Shown here: positions 27,224 through 37,324 of the stretch, one piece after another
Numbering within the stretch: the stretch's first letter is position 1
How the letters are laid out: each line of letters opens with the position of its first letter
Position numbers and translations under genes: made by a program
The notes under the pieces: model-generated
Databases searched by the model: none
What the model was told of the DNA's origin: nothing
What the model saw: only the letters and a program-made list of their open reading frames with translations
Source of the DNA: an uncultured Chloroflexia bacterium
Lineage (GTDB): Bacteria > Chloroflexota > Limnocylindria > Limnocylindrales > CSP1-4
Reading direction: 5' to 3'
NCBI GenBank assembly: GCA_963766735.1
Contig: CAVYBU010000002.1
Span: 1 to 64,000, forward strand
Length of the DNA stretch: 64,000 bases

Positions 27224-27440
27224 GTCTTCCTCCTCGGGTGGTCTTCGGTCGGCGTCGATGCCGTACTCTCAGGGGGAACCCGGTCCGTGCAAGTATCGCC
27301 TCTCCGCGCAGGCTTCGGTGCCCGGAATCGATATTGTCAGGCACGTCGATCGATCGCCCGACGAGGCGCTGCAGCCGGCTGGTCGAACGCCGGTCGCAAC
27401 GGATGAGGGTGACGCAGCCGGTCGCACCGGGGAGGGCAAC

Positions 27441-28077
27441 GTGACCGAGACCGATACCGATTCCGAACACTGGGCACGCTACTACGCGGTCACGGGCGAG
27501 CGACCTGCGTGGGCGACGGTGCTCCGGGCCATCGAGCTGTTCGCGGCCGAGGGAGGGGAAGGCCCTCGATTTGCCGTCGACCTGGGCTGCGGCGGCGGGC
27601 GTGACACCCGTGAGCTGCTGAGGGCCGGCTGGCGGGTGCTGGCCGTCGATCGGGAGGCGGCCGCCATCGAGGCGGTGGAGGCGGCGACCCCGCCGGAGCT
27701 GCGGGCCGCGCTCGAGGGCAGGGTCGCGGACCTCGCAGACGTGGCGATCCCGCCCTGCGACCTCGTCAATGCCAGCCTGAGCCTGCCGTTCCTCGCGCCG
27801 GCTGCGTACTGGGGGACCTTGGACCGGATCCTCGCCGCGTTGCCGGTGGGCGGCCGGTTTGCCGCGCTCCTCTTCGGTGACCAGGACGGGTCGGCGTCCG
27901 AGCCGATCGATGACCTGTCCGCCGCCTGCTGAGATCCGGGCCCGCCTCGGTGCCTTCGAGATCGAGCACTGGGTCGACCGCGAGGAGGACACGACCACCG
28001 CGCTCGGAGAGCCGCACTACTTCCACATCGTGGAGGTCGTGGCGCGTCGGGTCCTGCCGCGAGATGCCGCGTGCTGA
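27441..28077 (+). CDS. Class I SAM-dependent methyltransferase, +1 frameshift near 27907
   Basis: VDLGCGGGRD motif I and AVD motif II. The reading continues in the next frame as SMTCPPPAEIRARL...HIVEVVARR. Confidence 0.78.
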
Positions 28078-28139
28078 CCCCGACCGGCCGTGCAGGGCGC
28101 CTCGCGAGAAGCGGCTGTGCGGTCGGTGGCAGGGAGCAA

Positions 28140-28339
28140 CCGCAACGGTCGTCGCGGACGCGCTGATCACTTCCCGGCCGGCGGCGATCCTGGTGGAGGC
28201 CTCTCGGCGCGGCCTGACGACCGTCCACGGCAACGAGATGCTGGTGCGCCAGGCGGCCATCGGCTTCGAGCTCTGGACGGGCCGCGAGGGTCCGTTGCCG
28301 GTCCTGCGCACCGCCCTCGCCGCCGCCCTGGGCCTCTGA
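28140..28339 (+). pseudogene. C-terminal remnant of shikimate dehydrogenase (AroE-like)
   Basis: VVADAL...EASRRGLTTVHGNEMLVRQAAIGFELWTG matches the AroE C-terminal GxxMLxxQAxxxFxxWTG motif; the N-terminal domains are absent. Confidence 0.65.
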
Positions 28340-28351
28340 GCCCCACCCGCA

Positions 28352-28780
28352 TCAGGCCGTCAGGACGGCACCAATCGCGAACACCACGACCATCACGGCG
28401 ATCATGACGCCCAGGACCTTCGAGTACCCCGACGGCAGCATCTGACCCGCGGCATCCATCTGGCGCGCCAGGGGAAACATGCGCCAGAAGAAGACGGAGA
28501 TAGAGATCGCGAGCACGGCCGCGGCGGCGGTCCTGGTCTCGTCTGAGCCCATGGTGATCACAATGGCCAGGAGCGACAGGAAGATCAGCTTGGTGCCCGC
28601 CACCCAGCAGACCAGGTAGCGGACGAACTGGTGGACCTCGGGATCTGCCTTTGACCGTTCCCACGCGGCGAAGACCCCGACGCCGTTGGCCTTGCGCGAG
28701 CCGGGCGCGAAGTACAGGACCGCCACGTTCATCAGCTCCAGCAGCCCGAACACGCCAATCGCCAACGTCAGCGCCGCCAC
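28352..28780 (-). CDS. Hypothetical 4-TM membrane protein
   Basis: 142 aa with four hydrophobic helices; AAGGAGG upstream of the GTG. Confidence 0.7.
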   Translation of the reverse strand: MAALTLAIGVFGLLELMNVAVLYFAPGSRKANGVGVFAAWERSKADPEVHQFVRYLVCWVAGTKLIFLSLLAIVITMGSDETRTAAAAVLAISISVFFWRMFPLARQMDAAGQMLPSGYSKVLGVMIAVMVVVFAIGAVLTA

Positions 28781-28862
28781 GGCAACCTCCTTGACCTATC
28801 GACGCGCCACCGCAGACCGTCCGGATCCGGCCGGACGCGTTCCCCAATCCGCCTTCGGACGG

Positions 28863-29795
28863 CTAGCTGTCCGAAGCCTCGCGCCAGAGCCTGCGCCCCA
28901 CGCCGAACAGGATCCAGTGGAGGAAGGCGAAGTACAGGAACAACAGGAACAGCAGGACGGACAGGACGGTCAGCCACGTGTTGATCGTGTTCCCCGTGGA
29001 GATGACCTCCGCGCGCAGCTCAGTGAGCCGCGTCTGCGCGTCAGAGAGGGCGCCGGACGCGGTGGCCAGTCCCTCCTGCACCTTCGCCGTCTTCTCCGCG
29101 ACCACGGCGGCCACCGTCTGGGCGGGCCCGTCGGTGATGGCGGCGCCGACGTCGGTGATCTTGGTGTCGAGCTCCTGGATGCGTGCGTCAAGGCCCTTCA
29201 GCGCGTCCACCGGACCCTGCGGCAGCGTGAACCCCGGGATCAGCCGATCTAGGGTCTCGAGCCGGTCGAGGGCCCCGAGCGCCGTGTCCCTGACGCCGCT
29301 GTAGGACGTCCGGAAATCCTGGTACCGGGCCTGGAGGCTCGTGAACTGGTCCCTGAGCGCGCCCAGAAACCCGGAGCCGGCGTCCACCTTGGTGGCCAGG
29401 GCGTCCGCGGCATCCGTGAGGGCACCGACGCGGCCACTGATCTCGGACACCTTGGACGATGCGGTATCGATCAGGGGTACTGCCTGCGCCATCTTGGCGT
29501 CGATGCCGCCCGTGATGTCGTCCACGGTCGAGGTGGCCCAGCCGCGTCCCAGCAGGACGACCGCGCCGAGCGCCACGAACAGGACGATGCCGATGATCCC
29601 GGCCGTCTGCGCGCCCAGCCCGAGCATCCGGCTCCGCTTGTCTCTGGACGCTGCAGGGGCCGCAGCAGGGGTGGTGGCTGACGTGGCGGACGGGGCGGGG
29701 GCGAGGGACGGGGCCGGCGCTGGCTCCGGTGGCACGCCGGGAGAGGGCTCCGGTACGGGGTCGGGCAGGGGCGCCGTCTCGAGCTCGTCGGTCAT
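28863..29795 (-). CDS. Hypothetical membrane protein with a helical/coiled-coil extracytoplasmic region
   Basis: Pro-rich N-terminus, TM helix, about 190 aa amphipathic helical region, C-terminal TM helix. Confidence 0.7.
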   Translation of the reverse strand: MTDELETAPLPDPVPEPSPGVPPEPAPAPSLAPAPSATSATTPAAAPAASRDKRSRMLGLGAQTAGIIGIVLFVALGAVVLLGRGWATSTVDDITGGIDAKMAQAVPLIDTASSKVSEISGRVGALTDAADALATKVDAGSGFLGALRDQFTSLQARYQDFRTSYSGVRDTALGALDRLETLDRLIPGFTLPQGPVDALKGLDARIQELDTKITDVGAAITDGPAQTVAAVVAEKTAKVQEGLATASGALSDAQTRLTELRAEVISTGNTINTWLTVLSVLLFLLFLYFAFLHWILFGVGRRLWREASDS

Positions 29796-29975
29796 GGGGG
29801 CCTACCTCGGTCAGGGTGGTGGCGCGTCCGAGCCGGGGCAACGGGCGGGGCTCGACGGCGGTCATACCGAGCGTACCGTCCCGGGCGTCGAAACGCACGC
29901 CACGCTCCCGGCGGGTTGGGATCGCCTCCCGCGACGGGCCTTCCGTCCGGCGCACGCGTCGCGTAGGGTGCGCGC

Positions 29976-31062
29976 ATGAGCCAGACACCCGATCCAGAGC
30001 CCCTCACCCCCGCCGCCGCCGGCTTCGCCATGCCGCCCGAGTGGGCGCCCCATGCCGCCACCCTCATGGCATGGCCCTGCCGGACCGAGCTGTGGGGCGA
30101 CCTCCTTGAAGCAGCGAAGGCCGACTACGCGGCCATGATCCGCGCAGTCGCCGCCTTCGAGCCCGTGCTGGTCGTCTGCCCGCCCGGTCAGGCGGCCGAG
30201 GTCCGCAACGCCTGCGGCGGCACCCCGTCGACTGTCGAGGTCCTGGAGCTCCCGATCGACGATTCCTGGACCCGTGACAACGGCCCGATCTTCGTCACGA
30301 ACGCCGCGGGCGAGGTGGCCGCGGTCAAGTTCGGGTTCAACGCCTGGGGCGATCGCTGGCACCCCCACGCCGACGACGCCCGCCTGCCGGAGCGGGTCGC
30401 GGCGCATCTCGGGATGCGGCTGTTCGAGGCCCCGATGATCCTGGAGGGTGGCTCGATCACCGTCGATGGGGACGGGACCGTGCTCACGACGGAGCAGTGC
30501 CTGCTCAACCCGAACCGCAACCCGGGCATGCCGCGCGAGACCGTGGAGCGGTACCTGCGCGACTACCTCGGCGTGTCCTCGGTGATCTGGCTGCCCTTCG
30601 GTCACGAGACCGACAGCGGGCCCGAGGGCACCGACGGCCACGTGGACGGCATCGCCGACGTTCCTCGCCCCGGGGCGCGTGCTGCTGGACGTGCGCGCGG
30701 ATCCCGCCTCACCTGAGCACGCCAGCGGCCGGGCCAACCTGGCCGCGCTCCAGGCCGCGCGCGACGCCCGCGGACGGGCGATCGACATCGCCCTGTTCGA
30801 CCCCGGCGCCGGGGTGCTGGTGCCGTACGCCAACCACTACGTCGTCAACGGCGGCGTCATCGTCCCGCTGGGCGCTGGCGGGCCGGGTTCGGCGGACAGT
30901 CCGTTGGCGGCGACAGCCGCGGCGGAGGCCGACGAACGGGCGCTGGCCTTCCTGGCGTCCGTGTACCCGGACCGCGAGGTGATCGGGGTGCCGGGCGGGG
31001 TCTTCGACGCGGGCGGCGGCGGGCCGCACTGCATCACGCAGCAGATCCCCGCCGGCACCTGA
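29976..31062 (+). CDS. aguA: Agmatine deiminase (PPAD family), +1 frameshift near 30657
   Basis: MPPEWAPH, DDSWTRDNGP, LEGGSI, DTDGHVD-like motif; after the shift, YANHY and GGGPHCITQQIP (catalytic Cys). Confidence 0.85.
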
Positions 31063-31128
31063 CCCTCTTTCAGGGTCAGACCCAGCTTGGCACCGGCGGG
31101 GCCGGCCCCGGGGTGACGAGTCCGCGAT

Positions 31129-31848
31129 CTACCTCGAGCGGGAACGCCGGCCGAAGAGCCGCAGCACGCTCACGATCAGGGTCTCGATCAGGGTCCACGC
31201 AACCAGGGCGACGATCGCCGCGATGTCGAGGACGGAACCCTGCTCGCCTGTCAACTCGTCCAGCTGGAACATGCCGCGGAACGGCTCGACGAACGGTTCC
31301 GTGATGTTCAGGATCGCCGACACGATCTCGTTGTCCGCGTTGGCGTTGAGGAGCAGCAGCAGGATGCGCACGATCAGGAGCGCCTGGAGGATGCCGAACA
31401 GGAAGGTGACGATGCGGGCCAGCGTTCCCGCCAAGCCCCGGCTTCGCCTCGCGGGCGTAACGGGCGCCTGGGCAGGTGTCACCGGAGCAGCGGCGGGCGC
31501 GGCGACCGGTGCAGGGGCCGGGACGACCGGGGGCGGGGCGGCCGGCGGGGCGGGCGGTGGCGTGATGACCGTCGTGGCGACGGGCTCCGCAGGGACGGCG
31601 GCCTCCACTGGGACTGCGCCCGCAGCGGGCACTGCGGCTGCAGCGGGGACGGCTTCGTCAACGGGGGCGCCGACATCGGGCGTGTGGGCCGCCTCGAGGT
31701 TGGCGACGATGTCGGCCGCAGCAGGCGTCTCCCCGGCGTCGATGGCATCGGCCGAAGCGTCCAGGTCAGCGGGGACGGCTGCCTCGGGATCGGCGGCGGG
31801 ATCGGACGGGGCGGACTCCGGGTCCGTGGGTCGCTCGGGTTCGGTCAT
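31129..31848 (-). CDS. YggT-family membrane protein with a long acidic/Pro-Ala N-terminal extension
   Basis: C-terminal RILLLLLNAN...ITEPFVEPFRGMF...DIAAIVALV. Confidence 0.72.
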   Translation of the reverse strand: MTEPERPTDPESAPSDPAADPEAAVPADLDASADAIDAGETPAAADIVANLEAAHTPDVGAPVDEAVPAAAAVPAAGAVPVEAAVPAEPVATTVITPPPAPPAAPPPVVPAPAPVAAPAAAPVTPAQAPVTPARRSRGLAGTLARIVTFLFGILQALLIVRILLLLLNANADNEIVSAILNITEPFVEPFRGMFQLDELTGEQGSVLDIAAIVALVAWTLIETLIVSVLRLFGRRSRSR

Positions 31849-32003
31849 TGGGCATTCCCTCTTCAGCGCCTGGTGACGTCAGGGTCGCAGCCGTGCGCCG
31901 CCGGTGTCAAACACGCGGGGAGAAGGCCGCTGACGAAGGAGACGCGCCACCGCGAGATCGGCATCGGACGCATCCGTACGCCCGGTCCCGTTCCTCCGGG
32001 CGG

Positions 32004-34631
32004 TCAGGGGATCGGCGCGAGATCCAGCAGCGTGCTCCGGAGCGGCGGATCGCTCGTGGGGCGTCCGGCGTTGAACGCAGCCACGAACACGTCACCCGAG
32101 ACGGTCCTGGTGCCCAGCGAGCCGACCAGGGTCACGCTGATCAGCCGCTGCGAGACACCACGATCATGCAGATCCAGCGCCGTCAGGGACCCAACGTTGG
32201 TCCGGGAGTCCGAGCCAAGGATCGTCGAAAGGGCGGCCCGAGAGTACGTCCTGGTCTTCCACGTGGCGTACGGGGCAGCGGCGTCGTACGCGGCGCCCGA
32301 CGGATCGCGGTCCGACGAGCCGCGCAGGTAGGAGACCGGTCCGGCCACCTTCGCTCCCGTGGACGACACGAACACGTTCTCGTTGTTCTCGGTCGCCCCA
32401 CCGCCCGTGGAGTGGAACAGGGTGTTCGCTATCTTCGTTCCGCTGCGGAGGATGCGGCCTGCCGTGGCGGTGATGATGGCGTCGGTCGAGGCTGTCTCCC
32501 GGCGAACTCCGCGGTAAACCTGGGACCGCGTGTCGTCATAGGCGTCGAAGGTGGAGACGCCGGGTCGCAGCCTGTAGGCGGCGTATGACCGTGCGGCAAT
32601 GGCCTGTGCGGTCAGCGCCTCGGCCGGCCAGCCGGACGGCATCTCGGCCGGCACCACGCCGCGCAGGTAGCTCTCAAGGGGCAGCTCGTTCACGACATCG
32701 GCGGTGGACGCCGCCAGGATCACCCGCAGGTTTCCGCGGAACAGGTCGTAGCTTGTCGGCTTGGACAGCAGCTGCAGGGTGGTCCCCGGGTCCCGCGGCT
32801 CCAGCCGGAAGTCCACCGGTGCGGCTGAGTCGCGAAGGATCGAACCCGCTGCGTCGGTGACGACGAGGCGCCATCCGGGGGTGCCGGAATTCGAGATCAG
32901 GCGCACTCGGGCATCGGCCGGATAGGCGGCGTCATCGCCGAGCAGGCCCCACTGGCCGCCGCGGCCGATCACCGTCAGGGGAGCGGAGGGCGTGCCGGCG
33001 AAGTCGTTGAGCAGGAGGACGCGGATCTGCGCATCAGGTGCGAGCGACCCGGAGGACGTGCCCGGATAGTAGTGCGCCAGGATCTCGTCCGCGGTCTGGC
33101 CCGCGAGCGCGCGGCCGCGCGCACCGTACTGGGAGAGCCCGACGCCGTGGCCGTAGCCGCGTCCGTAGAACGTCGTGCTGTCGGTGAGCTTCGTGGCGGA
33201 CGGTGCGGGCGCCGATGCCGGTGCGGCCTTGAGCACGCCGGTCGCCCCGTACAGGTAGGTCACGCCGTAGAGGCTCTTGACGCTCTTCCCGTCGATCGCG
33301 CTGATCCGGTACCAGCCCGAGCCCGACTTCGCGGTGGGACAGGTGGCGCTCCAGCGCGAGCCGCTCACCTTGGCCACCACGGTCACCGTGGTGCCGGTCC
33401 TGAGCCTGGCCTTGATGCTCGTGCCGGTGGAGGTGCCGGCCCGCAGGTTCACGCTCGAGCAGGCCGGGACCATGGCGGACGTCGCCGGGCTGGGCGTGGG
33501 ACTGGGCGTGGGGGTGGCGGACGGCGCGGGCGTGGCGGACGGCGCGGGCGCCGATGCCGGTGCGGCCTTGAGCACGCCGGTCGCCCCGTACAGGTAGGTC
33601 ACGCCGTAGAGGCTCTTGACGCTCTTCCCGTCGATCGCGCTGATCCGGTACCAGCCCGAGCCCGACTTCGCGGTGGGACAGGTGGCGCTCCAGCGCGAGC
33701 CGCTCACCTTGGCCACCACGGTCACCGTGGTGCCGGTCCTGAGCCTGGCCTTGATGCTCGTGCCGGTGGAGGTGCCGGCCCGCAGGTTCACGCTCGAGCA
33801 GGCCGGGACCATGGCGGACGTCGCCGGGCTGGGCGTGGGACTGGGCGTGGGGGTGGCGGACGGCGCGGGCGTGGCGGACGGTGCGGGCGCCGATGCCGGT
33901 GCGGCCTTGAGCACGCCGGTCGCCCCGTACAGGTAGGTCACGCCGTAGAGGCTCTTGACGCTCTTCCCGTCGATCGCGCTGATCCGGTACCAGCCCGAGC
34001 CCGACTTCGCGGTGGGACAGGTGGCGCTCCAGCGCGAGCCGCTCACCTTGGCCACCACGGTCACCGTGGTGCCGGTCCTGAGCCTGGCCTTGATGCTCGT
34101 GCCGGTGGAGGTGCCGGCCCGCAGGTTCACGCTCGAGCAGGCCGGGACCATGGCGGACGTCGCCGGGCTGGGCGTGGGACTGGGCGTGGGGGTGGCGGAC
34201 GGCGCGGGCGTGGCGGACGGCGCGGGCGCCGATGCCGGTGCGGCCTTGAGCACGCCGGTCGCCCCGTACAGGTAGGTCACGCCGTAGAGGCTCTTGACGC
34301 TCTTCCCGTCGATCGCGCTGATCCGGTACCAGCCCGAGCCCGACTTCGCGGTGGGACAGGTGGCGCTCCAGCGCGAGCCGCTCACCTTGGCCACCACGGT
34401 CACCGTGGTGCCGGTCCTGAGCCTGGCCTTGATGCTCGTGCCGGTGGAGGTGCCGGCCCGCAGGTTCACGCTCGAGCAGGCCGGGACCATGGCGGACGAG
34501 GCGCCCCGGACGCTGGACGGGATCGCCGCGAGGATCAACGCGAGCACGAGGAACAGAGCCGCGGACGGCCACCGGCCGATCCTCGTGCGGCGGACCGTAG
34601 AAGACCGGGCCGGCGGAGTGCGAAGGAGCAT
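32004..34631 (-). CDS. SpoIID/LytB-domain lytic transglycosylase with four SH3b-like repeats
   Basis: Signal peptide; 4x VNLRAGTSTG...GWYRI; GRGYGHGVGLSQYGA, ILAHYY, YLRGVVPAEMP, ALTAQAIAARSY, DDTRSQVY. Confidence 0.88.
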   Translation of the reverse strand: MLLRTPPARSSTVRRTRIGRWPSAALFLVLALILAAIPSSVRGASSAMVPACSSVNLRAGTSTGTSIKARLRTGTTVTVVAKVSGSRWSATCPTAKSGSGWYRISAIDGKSVKSLYGVTYLYGATGVLKAAPASAPAPSATPAPSATPTPSPTPSPATSAMVPACSSVNLRAGTSTGTSIKARLRTGTTVTVVAKVSGSRWSATCPTAKSGSGWYRISAIDGKSVKSLYGVTYLYGATGVLKAAPASAPAPSATPAPSATPTPSPTPSPATSAMVPACSSVNLRAGTSTGTSIKARLRTGTTVTVVAKVSGSRWSATCPTAKSGSGWYRISAIDGKSVKSLYGVTYLYGATGVLKAAPASAPAPSATPAPSATPTPSPTPSPATSAMVPACSSVNLRAGTSTGTSIKARLRTGTTVTVVAKVSGSRWSATCPTAKSGSGWYRISAIDGKSVKSLYGVTYLYGATGVLKAAPASAPAPSATKLTDSTTFYGRGYGHGVGLSQYGARGRALAGQTADEILAHYYPGTSSGSLAPDAQIRVLLLNDFAGTPSAPLTVIGRGGQWGLLGDDAAYPADARVRLISNSGTPGWRLVVTDAAGSILRDSAAPVDFRLEPRDPGTTLQLLSKPTSYDLFRGNLRVILAASTADVVNELPLESYLRGVVPAEMPSGWPAEALTAQAIAARSYAAYRLRPGVSTFDAYDDTRSQVYRGVRRETASTDAIITATAGRILRSGTKIANTLFHSTGGGATENNENVFVSSTGAKVAGPVSYLRGSSDRDPSGAAYDAAAPYATWKTRTYSRAALSTILGSDSRTNVGSLTALDLHDRGVSQRLISVTLVGSLGTRTVSGDVFVAAFNAGRPTSDPPLRSTLLDLAPIP
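33192..34498. repeat. 339-bp tandem repeat, about 3.9 copies, intragenic
   Basis: Units begin at 33192, 33531, 33870 and 34209; identical 106-aa antisense ORFs occur at 33277, 33616 and 33955. Confidence 0.97.
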
Positions 34632-34763
34632 CGTCGACCCAGTCTACGCTGGGCTCGAGCGTCCACCATGGCCCAGATCGGCCATCGTGCCCCCCGGATT
34701 CTGGAACGATTGGGCCAGCACGGGGTCTTCGCGCCGACGCTCTACCTCGGGCAGGATGGGGGC

Positions 34764-36011
34764 ATGCGGATCCTCCTCTGGCACGGATACCTGCTCGGCG
34801 GCACCGGCTCCAACGTCTACACACGGCAGCTCGCGCGCGCCTGGATGCAGGCAGGGCACGACGTCACGGTGCTCAGCCAGGAGCCACGACCCGATGCGTA
34901 CGACCTCGGTGGGGCCGGGGTCGTCCGTCCCGATGTCGGAGGCCTGCTGCCGGTGTTCGTGCTCGATCGATACGAGGGGTACGACGTCAAGCTCGTCGGG
35001 GACTGCCACGCCGACGAGCTGGAGCGCTGGGTCGAGGCAAACGCCCGGGCCGTTCGCGAGCACCTGCCGGCCGACGTCGTGTTCTGCAACCACGTGCTGC
35101 TCGGCGGTCCCGTCGGTGTAGCGAGCGGGGCGCGCTTCGCGGTGAAGGCCCACGGCTCCGAGCTCGAGTACGCGATGCGCGACAACGCAGACCTGGCGGC
35201 CTGGGGTCGGGACTGCCTTCGGCAGGCCGCCGCCACCTTCGTCGGCTCCGCTCACATCCGCCGCGTGCTCGAGGACGTGTGCGGCCATGTGGACGGCGTT
35301 CACGAGGTCCCGCCGGGCGTCGACATCGACGACTGGCGGCCGCAGGAGCGGGCGACGGCACTCGCTGCCCTCCTGGCCGAGGCGGCGCTCGATCCGCCGA
35401 ACGTCGGCAACGCCGAGGAGCGGCTGCCCGACGAAGGCAACGCGCGGCGCCTCGAAACGTTCCTCGCCGCCGACCGGCCGACGGTCGTCTACTTCGGCAA
35501 GCTGATTCGCAACAAGGGCGTCCACGTGCTTCTCGACGCGCTCGATGGCATCGACGCCCGCGCGGTCATCGTTGGGTTCGGGGAGGACCGTGCGGAGCTG
35601 GAGGGGCTTGCCGGCGGGGACGTCCTGTTCACGGGCCCTCTCGAGCACCGGCATCTCGTGCACCTGCTTGCCCTGGCCGACGCGTGTGTCGTCCCATCGA
35701 TCTTCCCCGAGGCGTTCGGGATGGTCGCCGCCGAGGCCGCCGCGGCCGGGTGCCCTCCGCTCGTCGCCCGCCACTCAGGACTGGCGGAGATCGCCGCCGG
35801 GCTCGAAGAGGCGTACCCGCCGGAGCTGCGCCACCTCGCAGGCTTCACGTCGGGCGACGTGGACGACCTGCGGGCGAAGCTCAGGGAGCTCCTCGGCCTC
35901 GACCCTGTCGATCGCGCGTCAATTCGGGCCGCCGCGCGGCGGGCCACCGTCGAACGGTGGAGCTGGACTAGCGTCGCGCGGCGGCTGCTGGAGCCATTGC
36001 GACCCGTCTAG
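34764..36011 (+). CDS. GT4-family glycosyltransferase
   Basis: MRILLWHGYLLGGTGSNVY, YFGKLIRNKGV, PSIFPEAFGMVAAEA (EX7E). Confidence 0.9.
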   Translation: MRILLWHGYLLGGTGSNVYTRQLARAWMQAGHDVTVLSQEPRPDAYDLGGAGVVRPDVGGLLPVFVLDRYEGYDVKLVGDCHADELERWVEANARAVREHLPADVVFCNHVLLGGPVGVASGARFAVKAHGSELEYAMRDNADLAAWGRDCLRQAAATFVGSAHIRRVLEDVCGHVDGVHEVPPGVDIDDWRPQERATALAALLAEAALDPPNVGNAEERLPDEGNARRLETFLAADRPTVVYFGKLIRNKGVHVLLDALDGIDARAVIVGFGEDRAELEGLAGGDVLFTGPLEHRHLVHLLALADACVVPSIFPEAFGMVAAEAAAAGCPPLVARHSGLAEIAAGLEEAYPPELRHLAGFTSGDVDDLRAKLRELLGLDPVDRASIRAAARRATVERWSWTSVARRLLEPLRPV

Positions 36012-36098
36012 GGGTCACACCGGTCGCAGGCCAGATGGGCCGACGATCGGGGGCCGATATTAGTTGCCTACGGCATGCAATAGGCCTACGCTCCGTTC

Positions 36099-36581
36099 AT
36101 GGACAACGCGAGCGTCCTGCGAACTCGGCCGGGGGTGCAGGCGGTTGCGACCGCCCTCGCGGATGACCTCGAGCGCATTGCCGTCGGGACTGTGGGGCTG
36201 ACGACCCGCGTGCTGGCCGAAGCCGCGCCGCACCACGACCTGACGTTCCCCCAGTGGCGAGCGCTGTTGGTAGTCGGCGGTGACGCCAACGGGGTGCGGG
36301 TGGGTGCGGTTGCGACGCGGGTGGGGGCCACGTTGCCGGCCACCGGAAGGCTGCTCCGTCGCCTGGAGGGGCGGGGCCTGCTGTCCCTGGTGATGGACGA
36401 GCGCGACCGGCGCGCGACGCGGGCGACCCTCACGGACGAGGGTCGACGGGTCCGGACCGCCATTCTGGCGCAGCGGCGAGCGTCGCTCCGGGCGATTGCC
36501 GACGGGATCCCGGACTCCACGCACGCGGACTTGGCGTCCGGCCTGCGGGCCATCGCTGTCGCCCTGGAACAGTTCGCATGA
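36099..36581 (+). CDS. MarR-family transcriptional regulator
   Basis: LTFPQWRAL...RLEGRGLL...DERDRRA...LTDEG winged helix. Confidence 0.88.
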   Translation: MDNASVLRTRPGVQAVATALADDLERIAVGTVGLTTRVLAEAAPHHDLTFPQWRALLVVGGDANGVRVGAVATRVGATLPATGRLLRRLEGRGLLSLVMDERDRRATRATLTDEGRRVRTAILAQRRASLRAIADGIPDSTHADLASGLRAIAVALEQFA

Positions 36582-37324
36582 CGGGCAGGAACGCCCAGGA
36601 AGGCAGCGCGATGGACACCACCGCGATCCGCATCGAGGGACTGTCCAAGACCTACGGGACGGGTGACCTCGCCGTCCACGCGCTGAGTGGGATCGACCTG
36701 GAGATCCGGGCGGGCGAATTCGTCGTGATCCTGGGACCCAGCGGCTCCGGCAAGACGACGCTGATGAACGTGATCGGTGGGATCGAGCCGCCCACGGCAG
36801 GGACCATCACCGTCAGGGGTCGCGAGATCACGGCCCTCGACGATGCCGCCCTGACCGACTACCGCCGGACGGAAGTCGGCTTCATCTTCCAGTTCTTCAA
36901 CCTGATCCCCACGCTCACCGCGGCCGAGAACGTCGCGCTGGTCGCCGAGCTGGTGGGTGACCGGGACCCGGACCTGGTGCTGGCCGCCCTCCAGAGCGTG
37001 GCGCTCGACGATCGGGCGGACCACTTCCCGGGTGCGCTGTCCGGCGGCGAGCAGCAACGGGTCGCCATCGCCAGGGCCCTGGTCAAGCATCCGGCCATCC
37101 TCCTCTGTGACGAGCCCACCGGGGCGCTGGACCTCGAGAACGGGCGCGGCGTGCTGGCGACTCTCCACGGCGCGAGCCGGGCCGGAGGACAGACGGTCAT
37201 CCTCGTGACCCACAACTCGGCGATTGCCACGATGGCGGATCGGGTGCTGCGGATGGGGTCTGGACAGCTGCTCGGTGACACGCCTCAGCCGTCACCGACG
37301 CCGCCCGCCGAGGTGCGCTGGTGA
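36578..37324 (+). CDS. ABC transporter ATP-binding protein (LolD/MacB type)
   Basis: GPSGSGKTT, FQFFNL, LSGGEQQR, CDEPTGALD, VTH. The start may instead be 36611. Confidence 0.92.
   Translation: MTGRNAQEGSAMDTTAIRIEGLSKTYGTGDLAVHALSGIDLEIRAGEFVVILGPSGSGKTTLMNVIGGIEPPTAGTITVRGREITALDDAALTDYRRTEVGFIFQFFNLIPTLTAAENVALVAELVGDRDPDLVLAALQSVALDDRADHFPGALSGGEQQRVAIARALVKHPAILLCDEPTGALDLENGRGVLATLHGASRAGGQTVILVTHNSAIATMADRVLRMGSGQLLGDTPQPSPTPPAEVRW

Noticed and set aside
33192-34498. Tandem repeat as a CRISPR array or mobile element
   Set aside because: The 339-bp in-frame units have no unique spacers and encode protein domains.
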